The notes: generated by a model not told the origin, from the letters alone. A stretch of DNA of 62,984 bases, filler included, from Octopus bimaculoides (GCF_001194135.2; 5 parts of 4 records of this genome joined end to end with filler, not necessarily neighbours in it); one strand, 5' to 3'. Positions 37,167 through 49,444 are shown, numbered from the whole stretch's first letter. Translations and numbers: made by a program.

Positions 37167-38625
37167 CAGGGAGGCGCAAGTCGATGCCGTCCAATAACGT
37201 CGTGGGACGTTGGACGGAAGGTCCGGTTAAGATGCTAGGGGTCTGGTTTGGTCCGGATCTCCAAATAGAGAACTGGAGTGAGGTCATAAGCGAGGTAACT
37301 GTCCTAACCCAGATTTGGTCTGGAAGGACGTTATCACTGCTAGGAAGGACGGAGGTGGTGCAGATGTACATGGCATCTGTTATCCCCTACGGCCTGACCG
37401 TCGTGCCTTGCCCCGATTCGTGGCTGAGCAAGTTGGAGCGTCTCCTCTTCCGCTTTTTGTGGAGAGGCGTACCACTTATAAGGCGCTCTATCTGCTGCCA
37501 AAAGCCGTTAAAGGGTGGGCTAGGGATGCCGTGGCTGAAGATGCGCAAGTTTGCGCTAAGGCTTGGGCACCTCTGGCTCTACCTGGATGGTGAGCAGGTG
37601 TGGTCACCGCTCGTGAAGTTTCTCTTACTGCAACTAACCTCCCTTCGGGAGTCAGGTCCTTGGATCAAGCGGAGACCCATACTGGGTGATTGGCACCTAG
37701 AGTGGTGACAGGCACTCACGCTACTCTCCCGGGTGGGCAATACCCGCAGCTGGAGTTCCACCGCGGACTTCTATAGCGGGTTGGTAGAGTTCATGTCAGA
37801 CGATGTCCTGGAGGAGACTCTGGGCTTCGATAGAAATCAACCAGCCTGTTCTTTCGGGTCGAGCTATCTGGATAATTACCAGAAATCCCTGACCTGGTTG
37901 TGTTATCGATCTGCCTTACCTGTTCGAGGGAGGTTGTCAAGGCAGGGTTGTGCCATCTCACCGATCTTTTTGAGGTGTGGGCGAGATAGTGAAACTGCCC
38001 TGTACACCTTCGTACAACGTACAGAAATTAAGGAATCGATAACCTATATCGAGCAGCTGTTATCAATGAGGGAAAGAGTACAGGTATCAGCTGAATCTAT
38101 TATTAAGATTGGTACCGCCTCCTCCCTGAACAGGGAAAGGAGGGCTTGTTTCCTCTGCGTAGTGGCTATGCTGAAAGAGACAGTATGGAGAACACGTGTG
38201 AAAAAGATCGCGATAGGTACCTTCATCACTGACCGGAGGCTGGTTGGTTATTTTAACTACCATCTCCAAAGTAAAAATCCGGCTGGAGAGGGGATACCTG
38301 TCGCATAGAACGTGTGATAAAAGATGGACGACAGTCGTAAGAAAGTTGCGAATGAATGGAAATGGCTGAGTGCAGCCATCCAGCGATAGAAGGGGATACG
38401 TCGGGTAACGGCGGAGGGTCAATTAACCCTGCGATGTAAATAATAGGAACTTTAAATTCTTTATCGATTTTTTTTTGTGGAGTTTTAAAAATATATTCAT
38501 TCGATTTCAGTATATTTGTTATTTTCGTTGTAATCCTTTCATTGTAATCACACTGTGTACGTCCACTTGTCCGTCCTTGTAATGTCCCCTTAATGTTGGG
38601 CCCTGTGTGGCCAATACAAGAAATC
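37167..38625 (+). mobile_element. 5'-truncated Tx1/L1-clade LINE: ORF2 C-terminal part and 3' UTR, flanked by an ~11-bp TSD
   Basis: PVKMLGVWFG...WSGRTLSLLGR...LFRFLWRG...KGGLGMP; zinc-finger remnant LRCGRDSETALY; tail AATACAAGAAA. TSD TACGTAGTAGG (37156-37166) / TACATAGCAGG (38627-38637). Confidence 0.88.
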
Positions 38626-38851
38626 GTACATAGCAGGTGGTCACAGTTAGTCGTGCCTTTCCTGGTTTTACTAAGTATATTGTATACCGAAGTGGGTGTT
38701 ATAACAATCCAATATTTTAAGGATTATAACAGGCATCTAACAGAATGAGATCTTGAAACGTATCTAGTTCCGCCCATTTTCTTCTGGGACACACAACTCT
38801 CAGAAAATTTTTGAAGCATCTTGTGTTGTATTATTTTTTTTTATCATTGCC

Positions 38852-38904
<53 letters not shown>

Positions 38905-39409
38905 NNNNNNNNNNNNNNNNNNNNNNNNNNNNNNNNNNNNNNNNNNNNNNNNNNNNNNNNNNNNNNNNNNNNNNNNNNNNNNNNNNNNNNNNNNNNNNNN
39001 NNNNNNNNNNNNNNNNNNNNNNNNNNNNNNNNNNNNNNNNNNNNNNNNNNNNNNNNNNNNNNNNNNNNNNNNNNNNNNNNNNNNNNNNNNNNNNNNNNNN
39101 NNNNNNNNNNNNNNNNNNNNNNNNNNNNNNNNNNNNNNNNNNNNNNNNNNNNNNNNNNNNNNNNNNNNNNNNNNNNNNNNNNNNNNNNNNNNNNNNNNNN
39201 NNNNNNNNNNNNNNNNNNNNNNNNNNNNNNNNNNNNNNNNNNNNNNNNNNNNNNNNNNNNNNNNNNNNNNNNNNNNNNNNNNNNNNNNNNNNNNNNNNNN
39301 NNNNNNNNNNNNNNNNNNNNNNNNNNNNNNNNNNNNNNNNNNNNNNNNNNNNNNNNNNNNNNNNNNATATATGTATGTATGTATGTGTGTGTGTATGTTT
39401 GCGTGTCTG

Positions 39410-39620
39410 TGTTTGTCCCCCCACCAACATCGCTTGACAACCGATGCTGGTGTGTTTACGTCCCCGCAACTTAGCGGTTCGGCAAAAAGAGACCGATAGA
39501 ATAAGTACTAGGCTTACAAAGAATAAGTCCTGGGGTCGATTTGCTCGACTAAAGGCGGTGCTCCAGCATGGCCACAGTCAAATGACTGGAACGAGTAAAA
39601 GAGTAAAAGAGTAAAGAGTA
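39410..39620 (+). mobile_element. SINE family B (CTTGACAACCGATGCTGG...GGCGGTGCTCCAGCATGGCC...AGTAAAAG tail)
   Basis: Near-identical copy at 53635-53850. Partial copies at ~9830, 23178, 26830(-), 32070, 39700(-), 47470. Confidence 0.8.
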
Positions 39621-39926
39621 TAATGCTTAAATTAAGAGTGCTAGTTGCTCTGTAATACAATCGTTAACGTTTCATCAGTCGTCTTACTTTATCATTTTAC
39701 TTGTAGTCAAACTTTTTCTGTGGCCAGGCTGGAGCACCAGCTTGAAGGGATTAGTCGAACAAATCAATCCCAGTACTTGAAAAACAATTTGGTACCTATT
39801 CTATCGATATCGTTTTCGAACAGCTAGCCACGAAAACATAAACAAACCAGCACCGGTTATCAAGGGGTGGTGGGGGTCAGACACAAAGACACATACGTAA
39901 ATGCACACGACGGGCTTTCACACTGT

Positions 39927-39958
<32 letters not shown>

Positions 39959-40350
39959 TGTATGTATGTATGTATGTCTGTGTGTATGTATGTATGTATA
40001 TATATATATATATATATANNNNNNNNNNNNNNNNNNNNNNNNNNNNNNNNNNNNNNNNNNNNNNNNNNNNNNNNNNNNNNNNNNNNNNNNNNNNNNNNNN
40101 NNNNNNNNNNNNNNNNNNNNNNNNNNNNNNNNNNNNNNNNNNNNNNNNNNNNNNNNNNNNNNNNNNNNNNNNNNNNNNNNNNNNNNNNNNNNNNNNNNNN
40201 NNNNNNNNNNNNNNNNNNNNNNNNNNNNNNNACACACATACATACATACACAGGTGAGCACATAAGTGCAAATCAAGGTGGAAAAGATAGCACTCGAATG
40301 CCAAAAGTCGAGTAATACGGTTTTATTAAAATTGCAAAATTACCCCATAA

Positions 40351-40436
40351 GCTGTTACTCAGAGTTTCACGTTCCTGCTCATCGGACCACTGTGATGAAA
40401 ACTGTCTGTCGAACGGGAACGTGAAACTCTAACAGT
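40351..40436. ncRNA. Inverted pair of degenerate hammerhead motifs (Penelope pLTR-like)
   Basis: Plus: ACTGT-CTGTCGA-ACG-GGAA-CGT-GAAAC-TCT..ACAGT. Minus: CCGATGA-GCAGGAACGT-GAAAC-TCTGA-GT-A-ACAGC. Each has core lesions. Confidence 0.55.
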
Positions 40437-40689
40437 TGTTTTTACAATGCAACAAAGGAAAATTCAGTTTCCAGTTAGGACTGGAGTCAGGGTTAGGGTT
40501 TAAGGTTAAGGTTAAAGTTAGAATTTAGGTTTAGGTTTTGGGTTTAGGATATAAAGTTTAACATTACAAAGTGCTCTAACCCTAAGAGTGATGTCCAAAA
40601 ATTTTGTTTTAGATATATAGAATGCGACAAAAGAAATCCCGTATCTTACAGGTTGGCAAAAAAGCTCAAGCTAAAAGAGATATTTTTAA

Positions 40690-41075
40690 AACGCTAAAAC
40701 GAAGGAAAATAGTTTGTTTCATTTGGTTTTGAAAGCGATATCCTCCAAATGATGGCCTCTAATCACGATATACAGCTGTAGTCAATTTCCGGTGGTATTT
40801 CTGGTGATATTTCTGGTGGCATTTCCGGTGGTATTTCTGAAATTGTTTGGCGTATAGCAGTCTTTAATTCGTCAATAGTTGTTGGTTGATATTTGTTCGC
40901 CTCACCTTTCAAGTGATCCCAGAGAAAATAATCAAAAGGGGTTAGCTCAGACGATTAAGAAAAATAATCGCAAGGGGTTAGTCATCTGCTTAAGATCAAC
41001 TGTTCTGGAAACAGTTCTCTCAAAACTTCTGTTGATCTTTTCGCTGTGTGAGCGGTGGCTCCATCTTCTTGAAAC
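40690..41075 (-). mobile_element. Tc1/mariner transposase C-terminal remnant
   Basis: FQEDGATAHTAKRSTEVLRELFPEQLI...TPFDYFLWDHLKG...PTTIDELKTAI. Confidence 0.75.
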
Positions 41076-41290
41076 TGCCCGAACATCGTGCATTGCCCCA
41101 GTTCACGTCTGACCAGACTAGAACGGCTATTCTTCCGCTTCCTATGGAAAGGTCGTTTTTTATTGGTTGGGCGCTCCATTTGTTGTCAACATCCGCTGAA
41201 TGGAGGACTGGGCATGCCGTGGTTGATGATGTACAGACATGTGCGGAGGCCACAACATCTCCAGCAATTCCTTGACAAAAAGCAGATGTG
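41076..41290 (+). mobile_element. Tx1/L1 ORF2 fragment
   Basis: LERLFFRFLWKG...RSICCQHPLNGGLGMPWL, homologous to 37420-37540. Confidence 0.75.
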
Positions 41291-41759
41291 ATCGTCCTTT
41301 GTCAGATCCAGGTCGACTTTGCCTTTCATCGTTTCGGAGTCGATAAAATAAGTACCAGAACCCTGGAGTCAACGTAATCGACTGACCCCTCCCCCGAAAT
41401 TGCTAGCCTTATGCCAAAATTATTATTATTGTTATTATTATTATTGGCAAACCTACCCATCTACGATGTAGGCATGAAATGAGGGAGGGAAGTAATAACA
41501 GCAGTATGTATTAAGAAATGTGTAAACGGTCTTAGAGAAATCACATTATCGTTGGTAATACAGCATTCCGTTGCAGCTATATGACATGTGTTTGCAACTA
41601 AGTGACATGTAATGACGATTCACTCCCGAACTGAAATAGGCTTCCAGTCCCTGTATCATGAATGGTTATGTGGACCACTCCTAACGAAAGCCATAGCTTC
41701 CTTCAACCACTACATAAAAAGTATTAAGAAAAGACTGTTATTTAGATGCTCTACCGAGC

Positions 41760-41905
41760 GCAGCTGTGTGTGTCTTAGGCATGTGATGTGGTTTGTTGAG
41801 ATGCTCTAATTGTTACTGTACTGAAAGTGTTTTACGTAGGATGTATGCGGTGCCTAGTAGTGCTATTTTCTGTATGCTATATATATTTGTTAGTCCTGGT
41901 GTCTT
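41760..41905 (-). mobile_element. 3' end of a second R4-type family
   Basis: Minus strand TKTPGLTNIYSIQKIALLGTAYILRKTLS, the Q...L.GTA.ILRK end motif. Confidence 0.65.
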
Positions 41906-41932
41906 TGTTATTATTATTATTATTATTATTAC

Positions 41933-41978
<46 letters not shown>

Positions 41979-41980
41979 TT

Positions 41981-42794
41981 ATGTTTGACTTTTGTTTTNN
42001 NNNNNNNNNNNNNNNNNNNNNNNNNNNNNNNNNNNNNNNNNNNNNNNNNNNNNNNNNNNNNNNNNNNNNNNNNNNNNNNNNNNNNNNNNNNNNNNNNNNN
42101 NNNNNNNNNNNNNNNNNNNNNNNNNNNNNNNNNNNNNNNNNNNNNNNNNNNNNNNNNNNNNNNNNNNNNNNNNNNNNNNNNNNNNNNNNNNNNNNNNNNN
42201 NNNNNNNNNNNNNNNNNNNNNNNNNNNNNNNNNNNNNNNNNNNNNNNNNNNNNNNNNNNNNNNNNNNNNNNNNNNNNNNNNNNNNNNNNNNNNNNNNNNN
42301 NNNNNNNNNNNNNNNNNNNNNNNNNNNNNNNNNNNNNNNNNNNNNNNNNNNNNNNNNNNNNNNNNNNNNNNNNNNNNNNNNNNNNNNNNNNNNNNNNNNN
42401 NNNNNNNNNNNNNNNNNNNNNNNNNNNNNNNNNNNNNNNNNNNNNNNNNNNNNNNNNNNNNCAATTGGGACAGTCATATCAATGAGGAGGCATGATTTTT
42501 GTCTGAAGTCTTTCAGTATGATATCTGGCCTATTTGCGTCTATCTTTCTGTCAGTTTGAATGGTGAAGTTCCAGAGGAGTGCAATGTGATCATTTTCAAG
42601 TACTGGGGGTGGTTTGTGTTCCCACCAGTTTTTATCATGGGGCAAGTCCAGGTTTTTGCATATTACCCAGTGAATATATTGTGCAGCTCTATCATGCCTG
42701 TTGAGATACTCTGTAGGCGCAAGCAGACTGCACATGGAGACAACATGATCGATGGTCTCATTTTGTTGTTGGCATATACGACATAATGGGGAGA
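41981..42794 (-). mobile_element. R4/Dong-type LINE 3' fragment (CCHC + RLE + 3' end), gap inside
   Basis: CRICQQQNETIDHVVSMC...RHD...RPDIILKDFRQKSCLLIDMTVP. 3' end AAAAGTCAAACAT matches 52710-52722. (AAT)n on both sides. Confidence 0.9.
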
Positions 42795-42839
<45 letters not shown>

Positions 42840-43128
42840 GAGGGCAGCGGGCTGTCAGAATTGTTAAAGCGTCAGACAAAATGCCTACTAGTATATTTTC
42901 GATTACTTACGTTTCTGAATTCAAATTCCGTCTGAATCAAATTTTGCCTTCCACTCCTCCGGGTGTAGTCAAAAAAAAAAAAGAAAAAAAAAAGTAGCAA
43001 TCAAAAATCGGTCGATATAACCAGCAAGTTCAATCTCCTCGAGTCTGCCGGCCTTGGGCTAAAATTAGCTAGAGTTTTAGTTTATAATTGTTATTATTGT
43101 TATTACAGTGGTTGTGTCATTAGGGAGC

Positions 43129-43191
<63 letters not shown>

Positions 43192-43350
43192 TGATATTTG
43201 ACATCTATTTTAATGTGCAAAGTTATCTTTCATAGCGTCTGAGAAGCAGTAAGGATGTCAATGAAGCGTGAAAATGATTCAGCTGAGGCTGGTGAGGAGT
43301 AGCTTGCAGGCGGTGCTCAGAGAGCTGAGAAACGTAACAACAACAACAGC

Positions 43351-43417
<67 letters not shown>

Positions 43418-43693
43418 CTGATGGTCTTGGCGGAGATGATGGTTGATAATGGCGAGGGATAATGGATGATGGGTAACGATGACAGCGATGATGAGGATGA
43501 TGATGATGATGATGATGATGATGGATAATGATGATGTGTGATGAGGATGTGTGATGATGATGATGATGTTGATGATGGTGGTGGCACTTATAATGTAGAT
43601 GTGTCCCAAAGTGTATTTCTTGGCAAAAAGGCATGACTGACAGATAAACAATATAAATCAAGAAACTACGAAAACAGGAAAAAGAAACGCAGA

Positions 43694-43781
<88 letters not shown>

Positions 43782-43881
43782 NNNNNNNNNNNNNNNNNNN
43801 NNNNNNNNNNNNNNNNNNNNNNNNNTTAATTAATTAANNNNNNNNNNNNNNNNNNNNNNNNNNNNNNNNNNNNNNNNNNNN

Positions 43882-44792
43882 CCCTTGTTCGGAATGTCCT
43901 CAGTATCCACCCTGCCAGTTGTTTGCACTTTGCTGTCGGAGAAGAAGTCTGGGTTAAGACCCCAAATGCGCGGTGCACATCACAGTGGGGAAAGGGGACA
44001 ATAACCTTTGGGAATTCGAGGAACAACGTAGCCGTAGATGGCATGCCACGACACACGTTTTGGATGTGCGCAGGATCGTCGCTGCGACGGAGGATGGGGC
44101 CAACAGTAACGGACAAGAGGACGAAGCCAGCAGGAACATGCCAGGAACTGAGGCCAGTCCTGAAGTCCCACGGCGGTCACAGAGGGAGCAGTGCCCTCCT
44201 CGCTGGTTGGCTGATTACGAGACAAGTTAAGGCGTGTGGTCGAAGTTGAGAAGGAGTGGGCAGGCTGGTTGAATGATCTTCAGATCAGGGGGGTGGCGTT
44301 ATGAGCCAAGCTGTGTTGTAGGGAAGGATCGGAAGTGAGGGAGTAGGCATGTCCCATCGGAAGTGGGGCCTGTGGATCCCATCTGAAGTGCCGCGGTGGA
44401 CATGCGGCATCAGTGAAGCACGAGGGACCAGTTGGCGGCGGACAGCACATCAGAGCGGATGTGTGAGACTGTACAGCGACGGATAGCGCTTGTGGACGTG
44501 GAGTGAACCTTGGAGATCAAGACAGCACATGGATGTTGAAAGTGACCCTTTTTCCGGACCGACAGGTAAGACTACCGTCGTTCTCTTTTCGCTTCCGTCT
44601 TTTTCTTCCTTTACATCACAAAATACTAACACACAGAAAAAGCACAGAAAAATACTAACACACAGAAGCACAGAAAAAATATGTGATATACTAACGCACA
44701 GAAAGATTAAAACACGCGGGTGAAATCAACATGGACAACAGCGGCACAGACAACAGTGAACCACAACAGAACGTGCGGTTGTCGTGGTAACA
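43882..44792 (+). mobile_element. Gypsy element 3' end: integrase C-terminus, polypurine tract and 3' LTR (44297-44792)
   Basis: FAVGEEVWVKTPNARCTSQWGKG...VDGMPRH; PRRSQRE..PPRWLADYE; AGATCAGGGGGG before (C)GTTATG...GGTAACA. Confidence 0.75.
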
Positions 44793-45059
44793 AGCTGCTA
44801 ATACCTCGCTGTCTATTGATTGGCTAAAATTACCCAAATTTCCCAACTTTAATGCCAAATAACATCAGATTCTTTAATTTACAAGATAAAGTAATTGGTT
44901 GAGCGTAATCAAAATTCAGAGTTGCATCGATACACCAAAATTGAAAGCAATCTGTGCAAAATTAAGTGGGGCGCAGAAAGAATAGATCCCAAAATAATAT
45001 TAGCCATGCTCCGTGATATACCTCCTCGACAATACGACCCATCTCTCTCTCTTTCACAC

Positions 45060-45156
<97 letters not shown>

Positions 45157-46921
45157 AACATACACTCACACACGCGCGCACGCATCAACTGGGAATCTAA
45201 GGTATTTTTCTACTCGATGACCTCAGTGTTTTTATTCTTGTCAGTTGATAAGGGATTGGCTGCTGAAGGCCAACAAGCTCTCATTATGATGGTAATGTTG
45301 TTTTTGATTAAAGCGGCGAAAATGATGTTAATGAAGGTAATGATGAAGCTTTTAAGAAAAGAAATATGCCAAAGAAGAAAAACAAGAAGAAAAGACAGGA
45401 AGTAATTTATTAATTTCCTTTCAGGGTCAAATGATGTTTGATGTGAATGCCTTTTTTTTCACTAACAACGTGTGATGTAAATTTGATCTAAAACGCGCGC
45501 GCACGCACACACATATCACACAGATATACATACACACGCTCGTGTGTAATCGACTTAATTCCTTACCACAAAATTTGAGGCCTTGTGTTTCCAGTAGAAA
45601 GGATTTATTAAAGTTGAAAAAGTGTGACACACTTATATTAGATATGTTTAATTTTGGTGAAACTTTATTTCATGTGTGTGTGTGTATGTGTGTGAGTGTG
45701 TGTGTGTCTGTGTGTGTATTAAAGAAAGTAAGAATAAAACAAAAACGATAGTGCTCAGTATGTTGCCCACAGGAATTTCTGTCAAATGGTTAAACAAAGT
45801 TGTACACCATCTCCCTCTTTCTCTCACATACCCACTCTTTCTCTTTTTTTATTTTTATTACTCCCACTGCCACCATCAACACTATTACATTGAATAAAAA
45901 ATCGACTCTCCCTAAATTTTTTGTCTTTCTTTCTCTCCCTCTCTTTTTCTTTTTCTCTCTCTCTCTTTTTCTTTTTCTCTCTCTCTCTTTCTTTTTGTGT
46001 CTTTGCCACCGCCCTCACCGTCTGTATACCTACTATTACTCTCATCCCATCATGAGGAATAGTAGGAGTGTCATTGAATAGTGAGAGAAAGGGGTCTTAA
46101 TGTGACACACTGACAAAGAAATTATTTTCGCATTTATTATATTAGATGTTATACACTGCTGTAGTCATTGTAAGAATTTTGCAACAGCAATTATTGACAA
46201 TTGAAATACCAATTGAAATACCAGTAATTTCAATAAATATAGTGGGCGTAGTGTGATATGAAGTTCACTTCGCAACCGCAGGATTTCTGTTCCCANNNNN
46301 NNNNNNNNNNNNNNNNNNNNNNNNNNNNNNNNNNNNNNNNNNNNNNNNNNNNNNNNNNNNNNNNNNNNNNNNNNNNNNNNNNNNNNNNNNNNNNNNNNNN
46401 NNNNNNNNNNNNNNNNNNNNNNNNNNNNNNNNNNNNNNNNNNNNNNNNNNNNNNNNNNNNNNNNNNNNNNNNNNNNNNNNNNNNNNNNNNNNNNNNNNNN
46501 NNNNNNNNNNNNNNNNNNNNNNNNNNNNNNNNNNNNNNNNNNNNNNNNNNNNNNNNNNNNNNNNNNNNNNNNNNNNNNNNNNNNNNNNNNNNNNNNNNNN
46601 NNNNNNNNNNNNNNNNNNNNNNNNNNNNNNNNNNNNNNNNNNNNNNNNNNNNNNNNNNNNNNNNNNNNNNNNNNNNNNNNNNNNNNNNNNNNNNNNNNNN
46701 NNNNNNNNNNNNNNNNNNNNNNNNNNNNNNNNNNNNNNNNNNNNNNNNNNNNNNNNNNNNNNNNNNNNNNNNNNNNNNNNNNNNNNNNNNNNNNNNNNNN
46801 NNNNNNNNNNNNNNNNNNNNNNNNNNNNNNNNNNNNNNNNNNNNNNNNNNNNNNNNNNNNNNNNNNNNNNNNNNNNNNNNNNNNNNNNNNNNNNNNNNNA
46901 TTAGAGGATGAGCAGAAGTTT

Positions 46922-47050
46922 AATCTTACAGCTGTTTCGGCCTAGTTTTAGCAAGCCCCATTCTATCCGAATATTTCTTGCCGGAGTGATTATCGGATGA
47001 CATTTTGAAATGGGGTTACATGCCCGAACCGCTAGGCCTCTTCAGAGATT
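46922..47050 (-). ncRNA. Type I hammerhead ribozyme with an 86-nt insertion in stem II
   Basis: Minus strand AATCT-CTGAAGA-GGCCTAG-[86 nt]-CTAGGCC-GAAAC-AGCT-GT-A-AGATT. All three stems pair perfectly and the triplet is GUA. Confidence 0.85.
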
Positions 47051-47397
47051 CACAAAGGGTTTCATACAAATGTAGAGCAAGAGGTAAAAACAGAGGTGTG
47101 GTAGAGAACAGAAGAAAAACAACAGCAAAAATAAGATAGAAATAAAAATAAAAAATAGAATTAAAATCAAGATCAAAATAAAAATAAGGGTACAGCAGGA
47201 AAAAAGAAATAATAATAATAAAGAATACATAAATGAAAAATGAAGGTATAGCATGTGGGACATGCAAAAATATAAAAAAGATATATGTCAAAAAACCCTT
47301 AAAAATACCAGGCCCACAAAGAGCCTACAAACATTACAAATAGGTAGCTATAGACACTCCAATGCATATATATATGTGTGGGTTCGTNNNNNNNNNN

Positions 47398-47438
<41 letters not shown>

Positions 47439-48987
47439 GTGGTGGGGTAGTTTGTGGGTTTGGGCACTGTGTATTAGTGTTTGTGTTTGTCCTACGGACA
47501 ACCGGTGTTGTTTTGTTTATGCCTCTGTAACTTAGCAGCTCAGCAAAAAGAAACCCGATGGAACAAGTTCCAGGCCTTAAAAATAAGTACTGGGGTCAAT
47601 TCTTTCGACTAAAATCTTCCAAGGTGGTGTCCCAACAAACCGCAGTCCAGTGACTGATACAAGTAAATGATAAAAGATTAACTAAACTCAATATTACAAT
47701 ATAATAACATGAGATAAACTTATCAGGCCTGCTATTAATTTTCATGCTTGAGAGATCAGTAACATATGAAAACCTTACTCCAGCCCTAATGTTCATGTGA
47801 TAACTTTACTCCAACCATAATTTACCTTAATTTCTCATTCATACACAATCCTAACTCGTATGTGAAAGCTGTAAACCAATTCTAACTTCCATGTGACGAC
47901 TCTACTTCAACCCCAAAGTTGTAATCCATATTTCAAACGAGGTCAAATCTCGCTTAGGTTCATTTAGCCTTACAACTTTTGGGAGTCGATGAGTAAGTTA
48001 CCAGTCCAGGGTGAGAAAGAGACGGAATGTTAAAACGCCGTTCAGATATGTTGCTGTTTCAGCTCTGTGCGTTGAGTTTAAATTCCGTTTCCTGTCATCN
48101 NNNNNNNNNNNNNNNNNNNNNNNNNNNNNNNNNNNNNNNNNNNNNNNNNNNNNNNNNNNNNNNNNNNNNNNNNNNNNNNNNNNNNNNNNNNNNNNNNNNN
48201 NNNNNNNNNNNNNNNNNNNNNNNNNNNNNNNNNNNNNNNNNNNNNNNNNNNNNNNNNNNNNNNNNNNNNNNNNNNNNNNNNNNNNNNNNNNNNNNNNNNN
48301 NNNNNNNNNNNNNNNNNNNNNNNNNNNNNNNNNNNNNNNNNNNNNNNNNNNNNNNNNNNNNNNNNNNNNNNNNNNNNNNNNNNNNNNNNNNNNNNNNNNN
48401 NNNNNNNNNNNNNNNNNNNNNNNNNNNNNNNNNNNNNNNNNNNNNNNNNNNNNNNNNNNNNNNNNNNNNNNNNNNNNNNNNNNNNNNNNNNNNNNNNNNN
48501 NNNNNNNNNNNNNNNNNNNNNNNNNNNNNNNNNNNNNNNNNNNNNNNNNNNNNNNNNNNNNNNNNNNNNNNNNNNNNNNNNNNNNNNNNNNNNNNNNNNN
48601 NNNNNNNNNNNNNNNNNNNNNNNNNNNNNNNNNNNNNNNNNNNNNNNNNNNNNNNNNNNNNNNNNNNNNNNNNNNNNNNNNNNNNNNNNNNNNNNNNNNN
48701 NNNNNNNNNNNNNNNNNNNNNNNNNNNNNNNNNNNNNNNNNNNNNNNNNNNNNNNNNNNNNNNNNNNNNNNNNNNNNNNNNNNNNNNNNNNNNNNNNNNN
48801 NNNNNNNNNNNNNNNNNNNNNNNNNNNNNNNNNNNNNNNNNNNNNNNNNNNNNNNNNNNNNNNNNNNNNNNNNNNNNNNNNNNNNNNNNNNNNNNNNNNN
48901 NNNNNNNNNNNNNNNNNNNNNNNNNNNNNNNNNNNNNNNNNNNNNNNNNNNNNNNNNNNNNNNNNNNNNNNNNNNNNNNNNTATATA

Positions 48988-49022
<35 letters not shown>

Positions 49023-49411
49023 TATACGTAAATATGTATGTACGTATGGATGTATGTGTCTGTCTGTCAGTCTGTCTGCCTATACATATTATCCAAATAA
49101 GTAAACGAAGAATGAATTTAGTACATCTTTAATATTGTTAGTTACGAATGATTTCATGTGAAAAGTTACGCAAGATTTGCAGTTCATTACATTGGAGTAG
49201 CACTTCATCAGACTTGTAAAAGGTGTGCTCTTACATAGTGTCCACTCCAATGCAGTCAACCGCAAAGATTGCGTAACTTTTTATATGAAATCATCTACGT
49301 GCAATGACGTTCGAAGAAAGGAATGGTACCAAAACAGTTGTAACTAACAATAAATATCAAATTCATTGCACTGGAAATACATCGACATTCTACCCAATCA
49401 GGACTTACAAC

Positions 49412-49444
<33 letters not shown>

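Noticed and set aside
45240-45405. Plus-strand AG...GT bounded segment with acidic and basic low-complexity coding potential
   Set aside because: Stops in the plausible frames and no homology recognised.
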